Below, in pieces: positions 30,464 to 41,234 of a stretch of DNA of 64,000 bases. The notes below the pieces were generated by a model that ran no database searches, was not told where the DNA came from, and saw only the letters and a list, made by a program, of their open reading frames with translations. This DNA comes from an uncultured Chloroflexia bacterium (GTDB lineage: Bacteria > Chloroflexota > Chloroflexia > Chloroflexales > Herpetosiphonaceae), in assembly GCA_963767035.1 (NCBI GenBank), contig CAVYBW010000001.1, positions 2,438,547 through 2,502,546 of the forward strand, read 5' to 3'. The stretch's first letter is position 1. Every line of letters starts with the position of its first letter. The translations under genes were made by a program, and so were the position numbers.

Positions 30464-31240
30464 TTAACCTAATGATTGAAGCAACAAATTTACCAAGCGC
30501 TCGCGGTTGGTCGTTTCCAATTGATACAGATCATGCTCGAGATTAGTTTGGGTCATGAGCAATGCTTGTTCGCCTGCCTGCAAGAGGGTATATTCGCGGC
30601 TCAACACTTGCTGGCCTTGATAGACCACTGCATTGAAAATCGTAGTCGTGTGGTTTTGGCGCAACAGCTCAATAAACAACAAGCCTGCTTGCTCAGCAAC
30701 TCCCGAATTGCGCAAGGCTTGCAGGGCGGCTTGCTCTTCGCTCGCCTCAACCAAACTACGGGCTTCGGCTAAAACCGTGCTTTGAATATGAAATCGCAAC
30801 TCAGGCTGAGCCGCGCTAGCATAGCCACACCAATCGAGGCTTTGGTTTGCCAATTGCTCCAACGAGCCAAGCGCCTGCAACTGCTGTTGGTCGGGATTAA
30901 GCACTTCATGAAACACGACGGAATCAGCGTGTTTATGGCCAAAGGCTTGCAGCAGCGTGCCATTGCTCTGCACATAATGCAAAATCAGGCTGCGTTGGGG
31001 GTAGGCGCAGGTTGCGACCAACGCCAACGGATCACGGGCGATCATCAGCATGCCATCGTGATCGAGTTGGGCGAGGTTGCGTTGGCGCAATGAAACTTCG
31101 CCCCGTTGCTGAAGTTGGCCTTGCTCAGCAGGATTCTGGGCTGGCTCAACGCCCATAATCGTTGCGGCGCTGACCACTGCACAAATCGCCACAATTTCGG
31201 TCCGATTTAACTCAACAACTAGGCTCATAGCAACCTCCAA
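30464..31240 (-). CDS. Hypothetical protein immediately upstream of, and co-oriented with, the DNA methyltransferase
   Basis: 258-aa ORF with no recognisable motif. The gap to the MTase is 21 nt. Confidence 0.4.
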   Translation of the reverse strand: MEVAMSLVVELNRTEIVAICAVVSAATIMGVEPAQNPAEQGQLQQRGEVSLRQRNLAQLDHDGMLMIARDPLALVATCAYPQRSLILHYVQSNGTLLQAFGHKHADSVVFHEVLNPDQQQLQALGSLEQLANQSLDWCGYASAAQPELRFHIQSTVLAEARSLVEASEEQAALQALRNSGVAEQAGLLFIELLRQNHTTTIFNAVVYQGQQVLSREYTLLQAGEQALLMTQTNLEHDLYQLETTNRERLVNLLLQSLG

Positions 31241-31338
31241 AGATCAACAAGGCTCATCCCATTGTAACGGTAAATCGCTTGGGCCATGCTAAAATGCTCT
31301 GTGCACTCGATTTCTTGTAGCTGTGGTAAGGAGCTGGT

Positions 31339-32109
31339 TTGATGCAATTGACAATTCTTGGGTGTGGCGGCTCGATGGGCGTGCCAATGCTGGCGTGTGA
31401 TTGTGAGGTTTGTACTTCGAACGAGCCACGCAATCAGCGCACACGCACGGCAGCCTTAATTCAAAGCCCTACCACCACGATTTTGATCGATCCTGGGCCA
31501 GATTTGCGAATTCAAGGCTTGCGTCATGGTTTGCAGCAACTTGATGCGGTTTTGGTGACCCATCCGCATCAAGACCATATTGGCGGCATCGACGATTTAC
31601 GGCCATTTACCTTGCAGACCCAACGCACCTTGCCGCTATACGCCAACCAATTTACCCTCGATCGAATTCTCTACCAATACGATTATGCCTTTGCCAGCGG
31701 CGAATCAGCCTCAACGCGCCCGAATCTGGGCCTGAACCAGCTTGATGGAGCACAATTTAGTATCGGCGATATGACGATTATTCCCTTGCCGATTGAGCAT
31801 GGCAGTTGGCAAATTTTGGGCTTTCGAATTGGCGATTTGGCTTATATGACTGATGTCAGCCATATTCCAGCGCCAACCTTTGAACTATTGCATGGTGTAA
31901 AAAGCTTGATTATTGGAGCTTTGCGCCATGAACCACACCCGTTGCATTTTACCGTTGCACAAGCCTTGGCCGCCGTTGAACGGATTCAGCCACAACAAGC
32001 ATTTTTTGTGCATATGAGCCATAGCCTCGATTACACAACTGAGCATGCCAACTTGCCCACGCATGTGCAACTCGCCTACGATGGCTTAGTTGTGCCAATC
32101 GGAGAATGA
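31339..32109 (+). CDS. MBL-fold metallo-hydrolase (PhnP/GPA-like phosphodiesterase)
   Basis: 'ILGCGGSMGVP' and 'THPHQDHIGG' form the HxHxDH metal site. Confidence 0.7.
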   Translation: MMQLTILGCGGSMGVPMLACDCEVCTSNEPRNQRTRTAALIQSPTTTILIDPGPDLRIQGLRHGLQQLDAVLVTHPHQDHIGGIDDLRPFTLQTQRTLPLYANQFTLDRILYQYDYAFASGESASTRPNLGLNQLDGAQFSIGDMTIIPLPIEHGSWQILGFRIGDLAYMTDVSHIPAPTFELLHGVKSLIIGALRHEPHPLHFTVAQALAAVERIQPQQAFFVHMSHSLDYTTEHANLPTHVQLAYDGLVVPIGE

Positions 32110-32192
32110 GACTTTTTGGGTCGGACATGAGACTTTTGCCAAGCGTCGCGCTGCTATGCTACATCTATCGAAATCAAAGAAGGAGTGTAGCG

Positions 32193-33542
32193 ATGAAACG
32201 ACAAACCCAACACCTGTGGCGCTCGACGCTTGGTCTACTAGGAACGGTTGGCCTAATCGCCAGTAGTTTTTCAATCACCACCAATTCAGTGTCGGCCCAA
32301 ACTAGCAGTGCTCGACCATGTTTGACTGGTGATCCACTTCAATTGAACGCACTCAAAACCAAGTTGAGCCAAGCTAATCCACCAAGCGGCATTCAACGGG
32401 TCAATCGCAACTTGACAGTCGAATTTATTACGACTGGCGTGCTGACCGACGAAGTTCCAAGTTTACCAGTGCTGCCAACAGAAATTGGCGACGATGAGCC
32501 GGTCGAACGCGAGCCAGTGCCTGCTGCGACTGCAACATTTCGGGTGTTCAACACCTTAACCTTGAAAGAATTTCGGGTGGTTATGCAAGCCAGCGCAGTT
32601 GGCAGCATCCGCGATTGCTACGAGCGCAATAATTTGCTCAGTGGTACAGCGCCAACCGATTACACCGGCAATATCGATGAGCCAGCACCCCAACGGAGCA
32701 AACAAAGCGAAATTTTCACGCCGTTTGGCTGGAGCAACGGCGATGATAACCGCGAATTAAAAACCAATGCCAGCCAATATCCATTGCGCACAATCAGCCA
32801 ATTTTCACGCGTCAGCGGCGACCAAGATTCCAACTGCACTGGTACGTTTGTTGGCCCACGCCACCTGATCACCGCAGCCCACTGTATCAATCGTGAAGCA
32901 ACCAACGTTTGGTTTCGAACCAAAGTAACGCCGGCCCGCAATGGCACAGGCAGCGGCTCTGCACCGTTCAGCTCAACAGTTATTGAGCCAAATCCATCGC
33001 CACCAGTTGAATCGTGGTATTGGACCTTTGAAGAATGGCGCGACCCTAACCAAAGCAATCGTACTCGTTGGGACATTGGGATGATTGTTGTGCCAGATCG
33101 TTTGGGCGATACGACCTACTGGATGGGCGTTGCGCCCCGCACGGCCAGCTATTTGAAGAACACCGCCAGCTATAATCGGGGCTACCCAAATTGTAATGGC
33201 GATGGTGCGACTCGCGGTAATGCACCAGCAGGCTGTCAAGTAGCTCGTATGTATGGCGATCCAAACGATTGTGGTGCACGCTGGTTCAAAAATTTGGATG
33301 GCGCTAATTGGTCAATGCGCTACGATATCAAATGTGATATTAGTGCAGGCCATAGTGGCAGTCCTGTCTATCATTATGAATACAGTGCCCATCACGGCCA
33401 AGAAATGCCAGTCGTCTCAGCAGTGATTATCACCGAAGAATGTTTCACCTGTTCAAATCTAAATTCATATGTGAATACGGTTCGGCGGGTAACCCCTTCA
33501 GTGCTTGATAACTACGTTGCCTTACGCGAAATCTTCAACTAG
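32193..33542 (+). CDS. Secreted trypsin-fold serine protease, S1B (glutamyl-endopeptidase-like)
   Basis: Signal peptide. 'ITAAHCI' is the His motif, with a 'DIGMIVV' Asp region and the 'GHSGSPVY' Ser motif. RBS 'agaaggag'. Confidence 0.7.
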   Translation: MKRQTQHLWRSTLGLLGTVGLIASSFSITTNSVSAQTSSARPCLTGDPLQLNALKTKLSQANPPSGIQRVNRNLTVEFITTGVLTDEVPSLPVLPTEIGDDEPVEREPVPAATATFRVFNTLTLKEFRVVMQASAVGSIRDCYERNNLLSGTAPTDYTGNIDEPAPQRSKQSEIFTPFGWSNGDDNRELKTNASQYPLRTISQFSRVSGDQDSNCTGTFVGPRHLITAAHCINREATNVWFRTKVTPARNGTGSGSAPFSSTVIEPNPSPPVESWYWTFEEWRDPNQSNRTRWDIGMIVVPDRLGDTTYWMGVAPRTASYLKNTASYNRGYPNCNGDGATRGNAPAGCQVARMYGDPNDCGARWFKNLDGANWSMRYDIKCDISAGHSGSPVYHYEYSAHHGQEMPVVSAVIITEECFTCSNLNSYVNTVRRVTPSVLDNYVALREIFN

Positions 33543-33562
33543 AAACCCATGCATTCACAACA

Positions 33563-33592
33563 AAGCCCGCTGCAACTATTGCAGCGGGCTTT
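33563..33592. terminator. Bidirectional terminator hairpin
   Basis: 'aagcccgctgca actat tgcagcgggctt' with A/T flanks. It lies between the convergent protease gene and a small ORF. Confidence 0.65.
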
Positions 33593-33597
33593 GGGCA

Positions 33598-33789
33598 TTA
33601 TTGGCGATCTACTTTTTTGCGTTGGCGGTGATATTTCGCCATTGCCCGGCCCCATTCTTTAGCCTTTTGTTGGCGCGGATTGGGTGGTGGGCGATCGTCA
33701 TTTTTGCGTTCTCGGCGCTCAGCTATTTCTTCGGTTTCTTGGTCTTCAATCCACTCTTCATTCAAATAATTTCGGGTTTGGCCTTTCAT
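33598..33789 (-). CDS. Possible small highly charged protein (63 aa)
   Basis: ORF only. Composition is Lys/Arg/Glu-rich with no homolog recognised. Confidence 0.2.
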   Translation of the reverse strand: MKGQTRNYLNEEWIEDQETEEIAERRERKNDDRPPPNPRQQKAKEWGRAMAKYHRQRKKVDRQ

Positions 33790-34104
33790 GGCGACAGCTT
33801 ACTCCTCAATAGAAATTGATTCCGCAACGCGAGCGCTACGGGGAGTCTGTCCCAGGGCCGATGTTTTAGGATATCGAGCCCTAGCTACTATAGCTCCCCG
33901 TTTGAGAAAACAATCACGGCAGCCATATATACCCTCCTTGGTTTCAAAATGTATCTGGTCGATAGTGTAAATAGCATACCAATTTTTTTGCTCCATCGCA
34001 AGACTGAATTTAACCCAAATTGGTGGGACATTTTCTACCCCGATTAACTAAAAAACCACCCCTATGACCTAGCATAGAGGTGGTTTGAGCGAAACAGGGG
34101 CGGC

Positions 34105-35985
34105 TTACTCGACGGTGAACTCACCATCGACCACGCCATCATCGGCTGGTTTGGCGTTGGCGGTTGCACCAGCAGCAGCTTGTTCGCCGCTGTACTGGGC
34201 TTCACCAATGCTCATCAAGGTTTGTTGCAAGGTGGTCATTGCAGCTTGAATCCCAGCGTCATCGTCTTCGGCAACCTTGGTGCGCAAATCGGCAATTTGC
34301 GCTTCGGCTTGGCTCTTGATGCTTGGGTCAACCTTATCGCCGAGGTCGTTGAGCGTTTTTTCAGCTTGATAGGCAATGTTATCAGCTTGGTTTTTCAACT
34401 CAATCTTCGCACGGCGAGCTTGGTCGGCTGAAGCATTCGATTCAGCGTCACGCACCATCTTTTGCACATCGTCCTTGCTCAGGTTGGTGCTGGCCGTAAT
34501 CGTGATTTTTTGCTCTTTGTTGGTGGCTTTATCTTTGGCCGAAACATTGATAATGCCATTCGCATCGATATCAAAGGTCACTTCGATTTGTGGTACACCA
34601 CGTGGCGAAGGCGTAATGCCTTGCAATTGGAAACGGGCCAAAGTCATGTTATCGCCAGCCATCTCACGCTCGCCTTGCAAAACGTGAATATCAACCGCGG
34701 TTTGGCCATCAGCCGCGGTGCTGAATACTTCCGATTTGCGGGTTGGGATAGTGGTGTTGCGATCAATCAACTTGGTCATGATCCCGCCAAGGGTTTCAAC
34801 ACCCAATGACAATGGCGTAACGTCGAGCAACAGCACATCTTTGACTTCGCCACCAAGCACACCAGCTTGGATAGCGGCGCCGATTGCTACCACTTCATCA
34901 GGATTCACGCCCTTGTGTGGGTCTTTGCCAGTCAGTTTGCGCACCAATTCTTGCACCACTGGCATCCGAGTTGAACCACCAACCAAAACGACTTCATCAA
35001 TTTGGGTTGCCTTCAAACCAGCATCTTTGAGTGCTTGGGTGAATGGTCCCTTGAGCCGTTCGGTCAAATCGGCGGTCAATTGCTCGAACTTCGAGCGGGT
35101 CAGGTTGGTGACCAAGTGCTTTGGACCGCTGGCATCTGCCGTAATAAATGGCAAGTTGATTTCGGTTTCCATGGTCGTCGAAAGTTCCATCTTGGCTTTT
35201 TCAGCAGCTTCTTTCAAACGTTGCAACGCTTGCTTATCGCTGGTCAAATCAATGCCTTGATCTTTTTTGTACTCATCGATCAACCATTTTACAATCCGAT
35301 GGTCATAGTCATCGCCGCCAAGATGGGTATCGCCATTGGTTGCCTTGACCTGAATCACGCCATCGCCAACTTCGAGCACTGAAACGTCGAAGGTACCGCC
35401 ACCAAGGTCGAATACTAAGATCGTTTCGTCGCTCTTTTTATCAAGACCGTAGGCCAAAGCCGCAGCGGTTGGCTCGTTGATAATCCGCAACACTTCCAAG
35501 CCAGCAATTTGGCCGGCATCTTTGGTTGCTTGGCGTTGAGCATCGTTGAAATACGCTGGCACAGTAATCACCGCTTGGCGTACTGGCTCGCCCAAATATT
35601 GTTCAGCATCATTTTTGAGCTTTTGCAAGGTCATGGCTGAAATTTCTTGCGGCGTGTAATCCTTGCCAGTGCGTGGTACGCGCACCCGAGCATCGCCACG
35701 TGGGCCATTCACAATATCGTATGGAACGGTGCTACGTTCTTGGTTGGCTTTATCAAATTCCAAGCCCATAAAGCGCTTGATTGAGAAAATTGTATTTTCA
35801 GGGTTGACCGTTGCTTGCCGCTTGGCAGTTTGCCCAACCAATCGTTCGCCGTTTTTCGAGAAGGCCACAACTGATGGTGTGGTACGACCACCTTCAACGT
35901 TTGCAATAACCGCTGGATCGCCACCTTCCATAACAGCGACTACCGAGTTGGTTGTCCCCAAGTCGATCCCTACAATCTTTGCCAT
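34105..35985 (-). CDS. dnaK: Molecular chaperone DnaK (Hsp70)
   Basis: 'IDLGTTNS', 'DLGGGTFD' and '[10 protein letters not shown]' are the Hsp70 signatures. 626 aa. Confidence 0.95.
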   Translation of the reverse strand: MAKIVGIDLGTTNSVVAVMEGGDPAVIANVEGGRTTPSVVAFSKNGERLVGQTAKRQATVNPENTIFSIKRFMGLEFDKANQERSTVPYDIVNGPRGDARVRVPRTGKDYTPQEISAMTLQKLKNDAEQYLGEPVRQAVITVPAYFNDAQRQATKDAGQIAGLEVLRIINEPTAAALAYGLDKKSDETILVFDLGGGTFDVSVLEVGDGVIQVKATNGDTHLGGDDYDHRIVKWLIDEYKKDQGIDLTSDKQALQRLKEAAEKAKMELSTTMETEINLPFITADASGPKHLVTNLTRSKFEQLTADLTERLKGPFTQALKDAGLKATQIDEVVLVGGSTRMPVVQELVRKLTGKDPHKGVNPDEVVAIGAAIQAGVLGGEVKDVLLLDVTPLSLGVETLGGIMTKLIDRNTTIPTRKSEVFSTAADGQTAVDIHVLQGEREMAGDNMTLARFQLQGITPSPRGVPQIEVTFDIDANGIINVSAKDKATNKEQKITITASTNLSKDDVQKMVRDAESNASADQARRAKIELKNQADNIAYQAEKTLNDLGDKVDPSIKSQAEAQIADLRTKVAEDDDAGIQAAMTTLQQTLMSIGEAQYSGEQAAAGATANAKPADDGVVDGEFTVE

Positions 35986-36430
35986 AGCGGTTAATCCTCC
36001 AAAAAAATGTTTGTATTGATATGTGTCATTTGTTTGCGTATCTATTGGAACAGGCTCGCATTGCTGCCCGACCTGTGTATGGAGTATAGCCGATCATCCA
36101 CTAGAACAATATAGATGGAATGTTAGTTTTGTGTAAGAGATGGTTAACAAGCAGCAAATCAAAAATCAAAAGCCAGAAGCCAAAAAGAACAGCAAACATA
36201 GTAAACATGAGGGATGAAGTAAGAACAAAGAGCATACAGATTTTAACGCAGCGGCGCAGAGGAATATATGGCTTTGGGCTATTGGCTTTGGGCTATTGCA
36301 CCAAAAATCAAACAAATCTGGGCAATCTGTGACAAAAATACGGATCATTCGTGCAATTCGTGCAATTCATGGCTAAAAATGAACCCTTCGCGGTTTCAGC
36401 CTTCGTGTTGCTTCATGTGCTTCGTGGATC

Positions 36431-36456
36431 AAAAAAGGGATCAGTTGCCTGATCCC
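36431..36456 (-). terminator. Rho-independent terminator overlapping the stop of the SAM-methyltransferase gene
   Basis: Minus strand reads 'gggatcaggcaactgatccc' followed by 'tttttt'. Confidence 0.6.
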
Positions 36457-37619
36457 AATAGTTGCTCTAAATAGGGCGTAACGCCCCAAAATTGCTTGAG
36501 CGCCTCGTATTCAGCCACGGCTTTGGGGTCGGGCTTTTTGCTGCGGGTAGCGCGAATCATCAAATTCTTGCCGGTATGCTCAGCATCAACAAACTCGATA
36601 ATCTCGCTGCGATAGCCGTTGATCCGCAGAATTTGCGCGCGCAAGCTGTCGGTCACGAGATCGGCGGTGCGCTGGCGAATGCTGCCATAGCGCAACATGG
36701 GGTTAAACACCTCGGCTTGAATCTGATGGGTCAGATGTTTATGACAACAAGGCACGCTCAAAATTGCTTGCGCTTGGCTGCGCAAGGCCAAAGCCAAGGC
36801 ATCGTCGGTGGCGGTATCGCAGGCATGCAACGAAAAAACCACATCAGGTTGTTGCTCAGGTTGCCAATCGGCCAGCGGCGTAGCAATAAAGTGCATGTCG
36901 GTGTAACCCAACTCGGCGGCTTGCGCCCGACATTTATCAATTAAATACTCGTTTGAATCTACGCCAATCACCACTGCCGCCAGCCCACGAATATTAACTA
37001 AATAGTGATAGGCAGCGAAGGTCAAATAGGCCGAGCCACAACCAGCATCGAGAATCCGCAATGGTTGCTCGGCGCTGGGCTTGAGATCAAGCTCATCGAA
37101 CACGCGCAAAAATTCGTTGATTTGAGTGTATTTTTTGCTCATGCTGGCCCGAATCACCCCATCATTGGTCATAATGCCAGTTTTTTGTAAATAGGCATCG
37201 GGGCGATCGCTGGGCAACGGCAAAGCTTTAACATGATTATGGCGCAAATCTGGCGCGTCAGCCTGATTACGGGCACGGCTGATAATCATTTTGCCCTTTT
37301 TGCTGCGCTGCACTTGAATGCGCTCGTTGGTGGTTTCAAGCGTAATATTGCTCAGCGGAATGTCGATAATCTCGCCGAGGGCGCTGCTGGCTTGCTCAAG
37401 CGCATAATTTTTGGTGATATTTTGGCGCTGATCAAAATAGGCTGCTTGCCACGCCCGGCCAGTTTTCAGTTGCACAGGCCGCACCACCACCCGTTGCCAA
37501 CGCAAATCGCTGGCACGCGCCGCGCCGCTCATGGTCAGGCGCACAAAATCGTCAGTTAATGCCAAGGCGATCAACTGGTCGCGATAATTTTCAGCTGTTA
37601 GTTGCATAGAATTAACCAT
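36441..37619 (-). CDS. Class I SAM-dependent methyltransferase (large, 392 aa)
   Basis: 'RILDAGCGSAYLT' is motif I. Confidence 0.55.
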   Translation of the reverse strand: MVNSMQLTAENYRDQLIALALTDDFVRLTMSGAARASDLRWQRVVVRPVQLKTGRAWQAAYFDQRQNITKNYALEQASSALGEIIDIPLSNITLETTNERIQVQRSKKGKMIISRARNQADAPDLRHNHVKALPLPSDRPDAYLQKTGIMTNDGVIRASMSKKYTQINEFLRVFDELDLKPSAEQPLRILDAGCGSAYLTFAAYHYLVNIRGLAAVVIGVDSNEYLIDKCRAQAAELGYTDMHFIATPLADWQPEQQPDVVFSLHACDTATDDALALALRSQAQAILSVPCCHKHLTHQIQAEVFNPMLRYGSIRQRTADLVTDSLRAQILRINGYRSEIIEFVDAEHTGKNLMIRATRSKKPDPKAVAEYEALKQFWGVTPYLEQLLGSGN

Positions 37620-38460
37620 TGTAATAGCCTAAAATCTGGTCAACTTGGCGCCCATAGTGCTCACCAAAGAGCGTTAAATGAACCAAGAGCCAATACAGTT
37701 GATAGAGCGGCTGGCGCTCACGATAGTCGCTGGGTAGCGGCCATGCGGCTTGATAGGCCGCCAGAAATTGGTTGCCAAAGCCGCCAAACAAGCTGGCAAA
37801 GGCAATATCGGTTTCGCGGTCGCTATAACTAACCGCCGGATCGATCAAACATGGCTGGCCAGTGTTGGTCGTGATCACGTTGCCAGTCCACAAATCGCCA
37901 TGCACCAGGCTTGGGCGAGGCTGATGCGCCAACAATTGCTCAAGCTGATCAGCCAAACGCTGGCATTGCTGTTGCCGCTGTTTGGGCATGCGTCCAACTT
38001 GAGCGGCTAGCTCAACTTGCGGCCAAAAGCGTTGATCACGCCAAAATTCGGCCCAATTGGGGCTTAGTTGATTGGGTTGCGCCAAGGCTCCGATAAAATT
38101 CGAGCGTGAGTAACCAAAGTTTGGTCCAAACGTTTGATGTAATTGAGCTAAGCCCGCACCAAGATCACCAGCCTGATAACGCCCCTTGGCTTCGAGCCAT
38201 TCGAGCGCCAACCAGGTTTGGCTCACACCTAAAACTGCTGGTACAGCCAACGCCCCTGCCGCCGCTAAACATGCCAAGCCATCGGCTTCGGCCACAAAAA
38301 AATCATTGGCTGGTTGCTCACGCCATTTGATCAAAGCCAATTGCTGGCCGATTTGAATCTGCACAGCATGGTTGATATCGCCGCCATAGATTGACTTGAT
38401 TGGCCGAATCTTGGCGGCGAAGTGTTGCTCAAGGCTATATTAGATCTCAGCGGGCAGCAT
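37612..38460 (-). CDS. Fructosamine/ketosamine-3-kinase family protein with an in-frame TAA at codon 7. ORF finders report only 37612..38364.
   Basis: 'LVHGDLWTGNV' is the kinase motif. The upstream in-frame 'SIYGGDINHAVQIQ' matches the conserved N-terminal block. ATG at 38460 overlaps the preceding stop as TAATG. TAA lies at 38440-38442. Confidence 0.6.
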
Positions 38461-38996
38461 TAGCCAGCAGTTTGGCGTTTTTTGCGCCAAATCTTATAGC
38501 CAATAAAAACCACTGCCAAACCAACCAAGGTCGCAGGCACGGCAATCACCGCCGCCTCACCAATCGCCTTAAACACCGAATCGACTTGCACCTTGCTCGT
38601 AAAAACCATCTCGCCTTCAGGTGCGCCAAGCACCAAGCGCATATTCCATTGATCGCTGATTGTAAAACGCAGCCGTTCGCTGGTATAGCGTCCGGCGTTG
38701 CGATCCTGGTTTTCTGGCACCATAATAAACAATTCTTCGCGGCCAATGCTTTCGGGCGCGGCATAGAGCTGCACCAAATTGAGCGGCGAAGGCTGGCCAG
38801 ATGTGGCATCGGTAATCACCACCCGCAAGAGGGCATCGCCAACTGCTGGTGGATTGGGGGCAAGCGTGGCGACAACGCGATATGATCCGCGTACTTCGTC
38901 GATCAACACTTGCTCGGTTGGATTATCCGCGAAAGCGCGGTTGGGCAGGAGCACTAGGAGCGCTAGTGCCACACACATAAAACGTAGAATGCGCAT
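38460..38996 (-). CDS. Secreted or membrane-anchored hypothetical protein (signal peptide plus C-terminal TM)
   Basis: 'LALLVLLPNRAFA' is the signal and 'LAVVFIGYKIWRKKR' is the C-terminal anchor. Confidence 0.45.
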   Translation of the reverse strand: MRILRFMCVALALLVLLPNRAFADNPTEQVLIDEVRGSYRVVATLAPNPPAVGDALLRVVITDATSGQPSPLNLVQLYAAPESIGREELFIMVPENQDRNAGRYTSERLRFTISDQWNMRLVLGAPEGEMVFTSKVQVDSVFKAIGEAAVIAVPATLVGLAVVFIGYKIWRKKRQTAG

Positions 38997-39089
38997 ACTT
39001 CCCTATGGTACAATGCTTCAGCCTGCGCCATTGGCGGCGCATTGCCTGTAGTATATCGCGATTTTAACCAAACCTGTCGTGGGGATGTC

Positions 39090-39728
39090 ATGTTTTTAAT
39101 TGTTGGGCTGGGCAATCCAGGTGAAAAATATCTGCAGAATCGGCATAACGTCGGCTTTCAATGCGTGGCTGAGTTTGCCCGTCGCCATGGCTTGAACTTC
39201 GATGGCAAGCGCGCCGATGCCCGCATTGCCGAGGGCAACATTCATGGCCAACGGGTAGTCTTGGCGCGCCCGCAAACTTTTATGAACGATAGTGGAAAAT
39301 CGGTGGTGGGCCTGGTTAATTGGTATAAAATCGACCCAGCCAGCGAATTATTAGTCATTTATGATGATTTAGATTTGCCGTTTGGCACGCTCAAATTGCG
39401 TAATCAAGGCAGTTCTGGCGGCCAGCGCGGCATGAATTCGATTATTCAATTGCTCGGAACTCAAAAATTTGCCCGTTTGCGCTTTGGGATTGGCCGCCCA
39501 CCAGAAGGCTGGGAAGTGATTAATTTTGTGCTGGGCAACTGGAATGCCGTCGAGCGCGAAGAATTGCCAAAGTTATACGATCACGCGGTTGAAGCCAGTG
39601 AATTGTGTATCCGTGATGGCGTAACCAAGGCTATGAATGCGGTCAATGGCGAAGCGCCCAAACAAAAAAGGGAAACGAAAGATAAGGAAACGAAGGATAA
39701 GGAGACAGCTAATGAGCAACCACGTTGA
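39090..39728 (+). CDS. pth: Peptidyl-tRNA hydrolase with KE-rich C-terminal extension
   Basis: 'LIVGLGNPGEKYLQNRHNVGF' is the Pth N-terminal signature. Confidence 0.85.
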   Translation: MFLIVGLGNPGEKYLQNRHNVGFQCVAEFARRHGLNFDGKRADARIAEGNIHGQRVVLARPQTFMNDSGKSVVGLVNWYKIDPASELLVIYDDLDLPFGTLKLRNQGSSGGQRGMNSIIQLLGTQKFARLRFGIGRPPEGWEVINFVLGNWNAVEREELPKLYDHAVEASELCIRDGVTKAMNAVNGEAPKQKRETKDKETKDKETANEQPR

Positions 39729-40068
39729 TTTTGAGCAAGCCCGCAGTTATTGCCTAAGCATTGGCGAGGTGATCGAAGATTATCCGTTTGGCCCTGAGCC
39801 GTTGGTGTTTAAAATTGGCGATGAGCGCGGCAAAATCTTTGCTTTGTTGGTTCAAGGTGAGTCAGCCAATATCAGCCTCAAATGCGATCCCGATCGGGCT
39901 GAGATGCTACGCGAGCAATATCCGGCGATCACGGCTGGCTATCATTTAAACAAGCGCCATTGGAATACGATTGTGCTTGATGGCAGCGTGCCCGATGCTG
40001 AATGCTTGGCGCTAATTGCCCATTCGTATGATTTAGTGAAGCCCAAACGGCGTAAAGCCAAAGCCTAG
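39712..40068 (+). CDS. MmcQ/YjbR-family DNA-binding protein
   Basis: 'FGPEPLVFKIGD...KIFALL...LKCDPDRAEMLREQYPAITAGYHLNKRHWNTIVLDG' matches the YjbR family. RBS 'aggag'. Confidence 0.7.
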   Translation: MSNHVDFEQARSYCLSIGEVIEDYPFGPEPLVFKIGDERGKIFALLVQGESANISLKCDPDRAEMLREQYPAITAGYHLNKRHWNTIVLDGSVPDAECLALIAHSYDLVKPKRRKAKA

Positions 40069-40085
40069 GATATTGAGGTTCATCA

Positions 40086-41228
40086 ATGTTGCCGTTGCAG
40101 ATTGTACCCGTGCGCAATGCCCGCCAGCGGCAGCAGTTTATTCGTTTTCCGTGGAAGGTCTATCGTGGCGCGAATCCCGACCCATTGTGGGTTCCGCCGT
40201 TATTGCTCGAACGCGAACGCTTTTTTAACCCCAAGCATGGCGGCTTTTTTGCCCATGGTGATGTGCAATTGTTTCTGGCCCAGCGCGGCGCGGCAATTGT
40301 TGGCACGATCTCGGCTCACATCAATTTTCTGCACAATCGTACTCACAACGAGCATATTGGCTTTTTTGGCTTTTTCGAGGTGCTTGACGACCCTGAAGCC
40401 GCCGCCACATTGCTGCAAACCGCTTGCGAGTGGGTGCGCGATCGCGGCTATAAAGCGATTCGCGGCCCGATGAACTTTTCAATTAATGATGAATGTGGCT
40501 TGTTGATCGAGGGCTTTGAGCTAGCGCCTGTGATGATGATGACCTATAATCCGCCACGTTATGTTGAGTATATTGAGCAACAGGGTTTTGGCAAGGCCAT
40601 TGATTTATATGCATGGGTGGTTGATCAACAGAGCTACGCTGAAAAAGGCCGTGGCCTGAAGATCGAGCGGGTTGCTGCTTTGGCCCAAGCCCAAACCGGC
40701 TTGAGTTTTCGCAAACTGAATATGCACCGTTTTGCCGCAGAAGTTGAGGCTGGCTGGCATGTTTACAATCAGGCTTGGGCCAACAATTGGGGCGCAATTC
40801 ATATGAGCTTGGCCGAATTCCGCCATTTGGCCTATAGCTTTAAGCCGTTTCTCGACCGCGAAGTGATGATTGTGGCTGAAGATCAGGGCCGCATGGTTGG
40901 TTTATTAATCGCCGTGCCCGATATTAACATTCCGTTGCGTTATAGCGATGGGCATTTATTGCCATTTGGTTGGCTCACAATGCTCCGCCACAAGCGTAAT
41001 ATTAACCAAATGCGGGTGTTAATTATGGGTGTATTGCCTGAATATCGGCGCCGCGGCATTGATGCAGTGTTTTATCGCGAGCTTCGCAATGCTGGCCTCA
41101 AGCGTGGCTATCATACCGCCGAAATGTCGTGGATTCTCGAAAATAATGATGTGATGAACAATACCATTGCTGGGCTGGGCGGGCGGCGCTACAAAACCTA
41201 TCGCATCTACGAAAAATATTTTGCTTAA
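40086..41228 (+). CDS. GNAT-fold N-acyltransferase-like protein (Acetyltransf_6/FemAB-like architecture)
   Basis: About 380 aa. The 'FPWKVYRGANPDPLWVPPL' N-terminus is common to this uncharacterised acyltransferase family. Confidence 0.45.
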   Translation: MLPLQIVPVRNARQRQQFIRFPWKVYRGANPDPLWVPPLLLERERFFNPKHGGFFAHGDVQLFLAQRGAAIVGTISAHINFLHNRTHNEHIGFFGFFEVLDDPEAAATLLQTACEWVRDRGYKAIRGPMNFSINDECGLLIEGFELAPVMMMTYNPPRYVEYIEQQGFGKAIDLYAWVVDQQSYAEKGRGLKIERVAALAQAQTGLSFRKLNMHRFAAEVEAGWHVYNQAWANNWGAIHMSLAEFRHLAYSFKPFLDREVMIVAEDQGRMVGLLIAVPDINIPLRYSDGHLLPFGWLTMLRHKRNINQMRVLIMGVLPEYRRRGIDAVFYRELRNAGLKRGYHTAEMSWILENNDVMNNTIAGLGGRRYKTYRIYEKYFA

Positions 41229-41234
41229 ACTGAT

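Noticed and set aside
33788-34104. Small ORFs 33788..33970 (+) and 33799..33996 (-) between the protease and dnaK
   Set aside because: They overlap each other on opposite strands with no RBS or motif. The region more likely holds the dnaK terminator (hairpin 34046-34085) and untranslated sequence.
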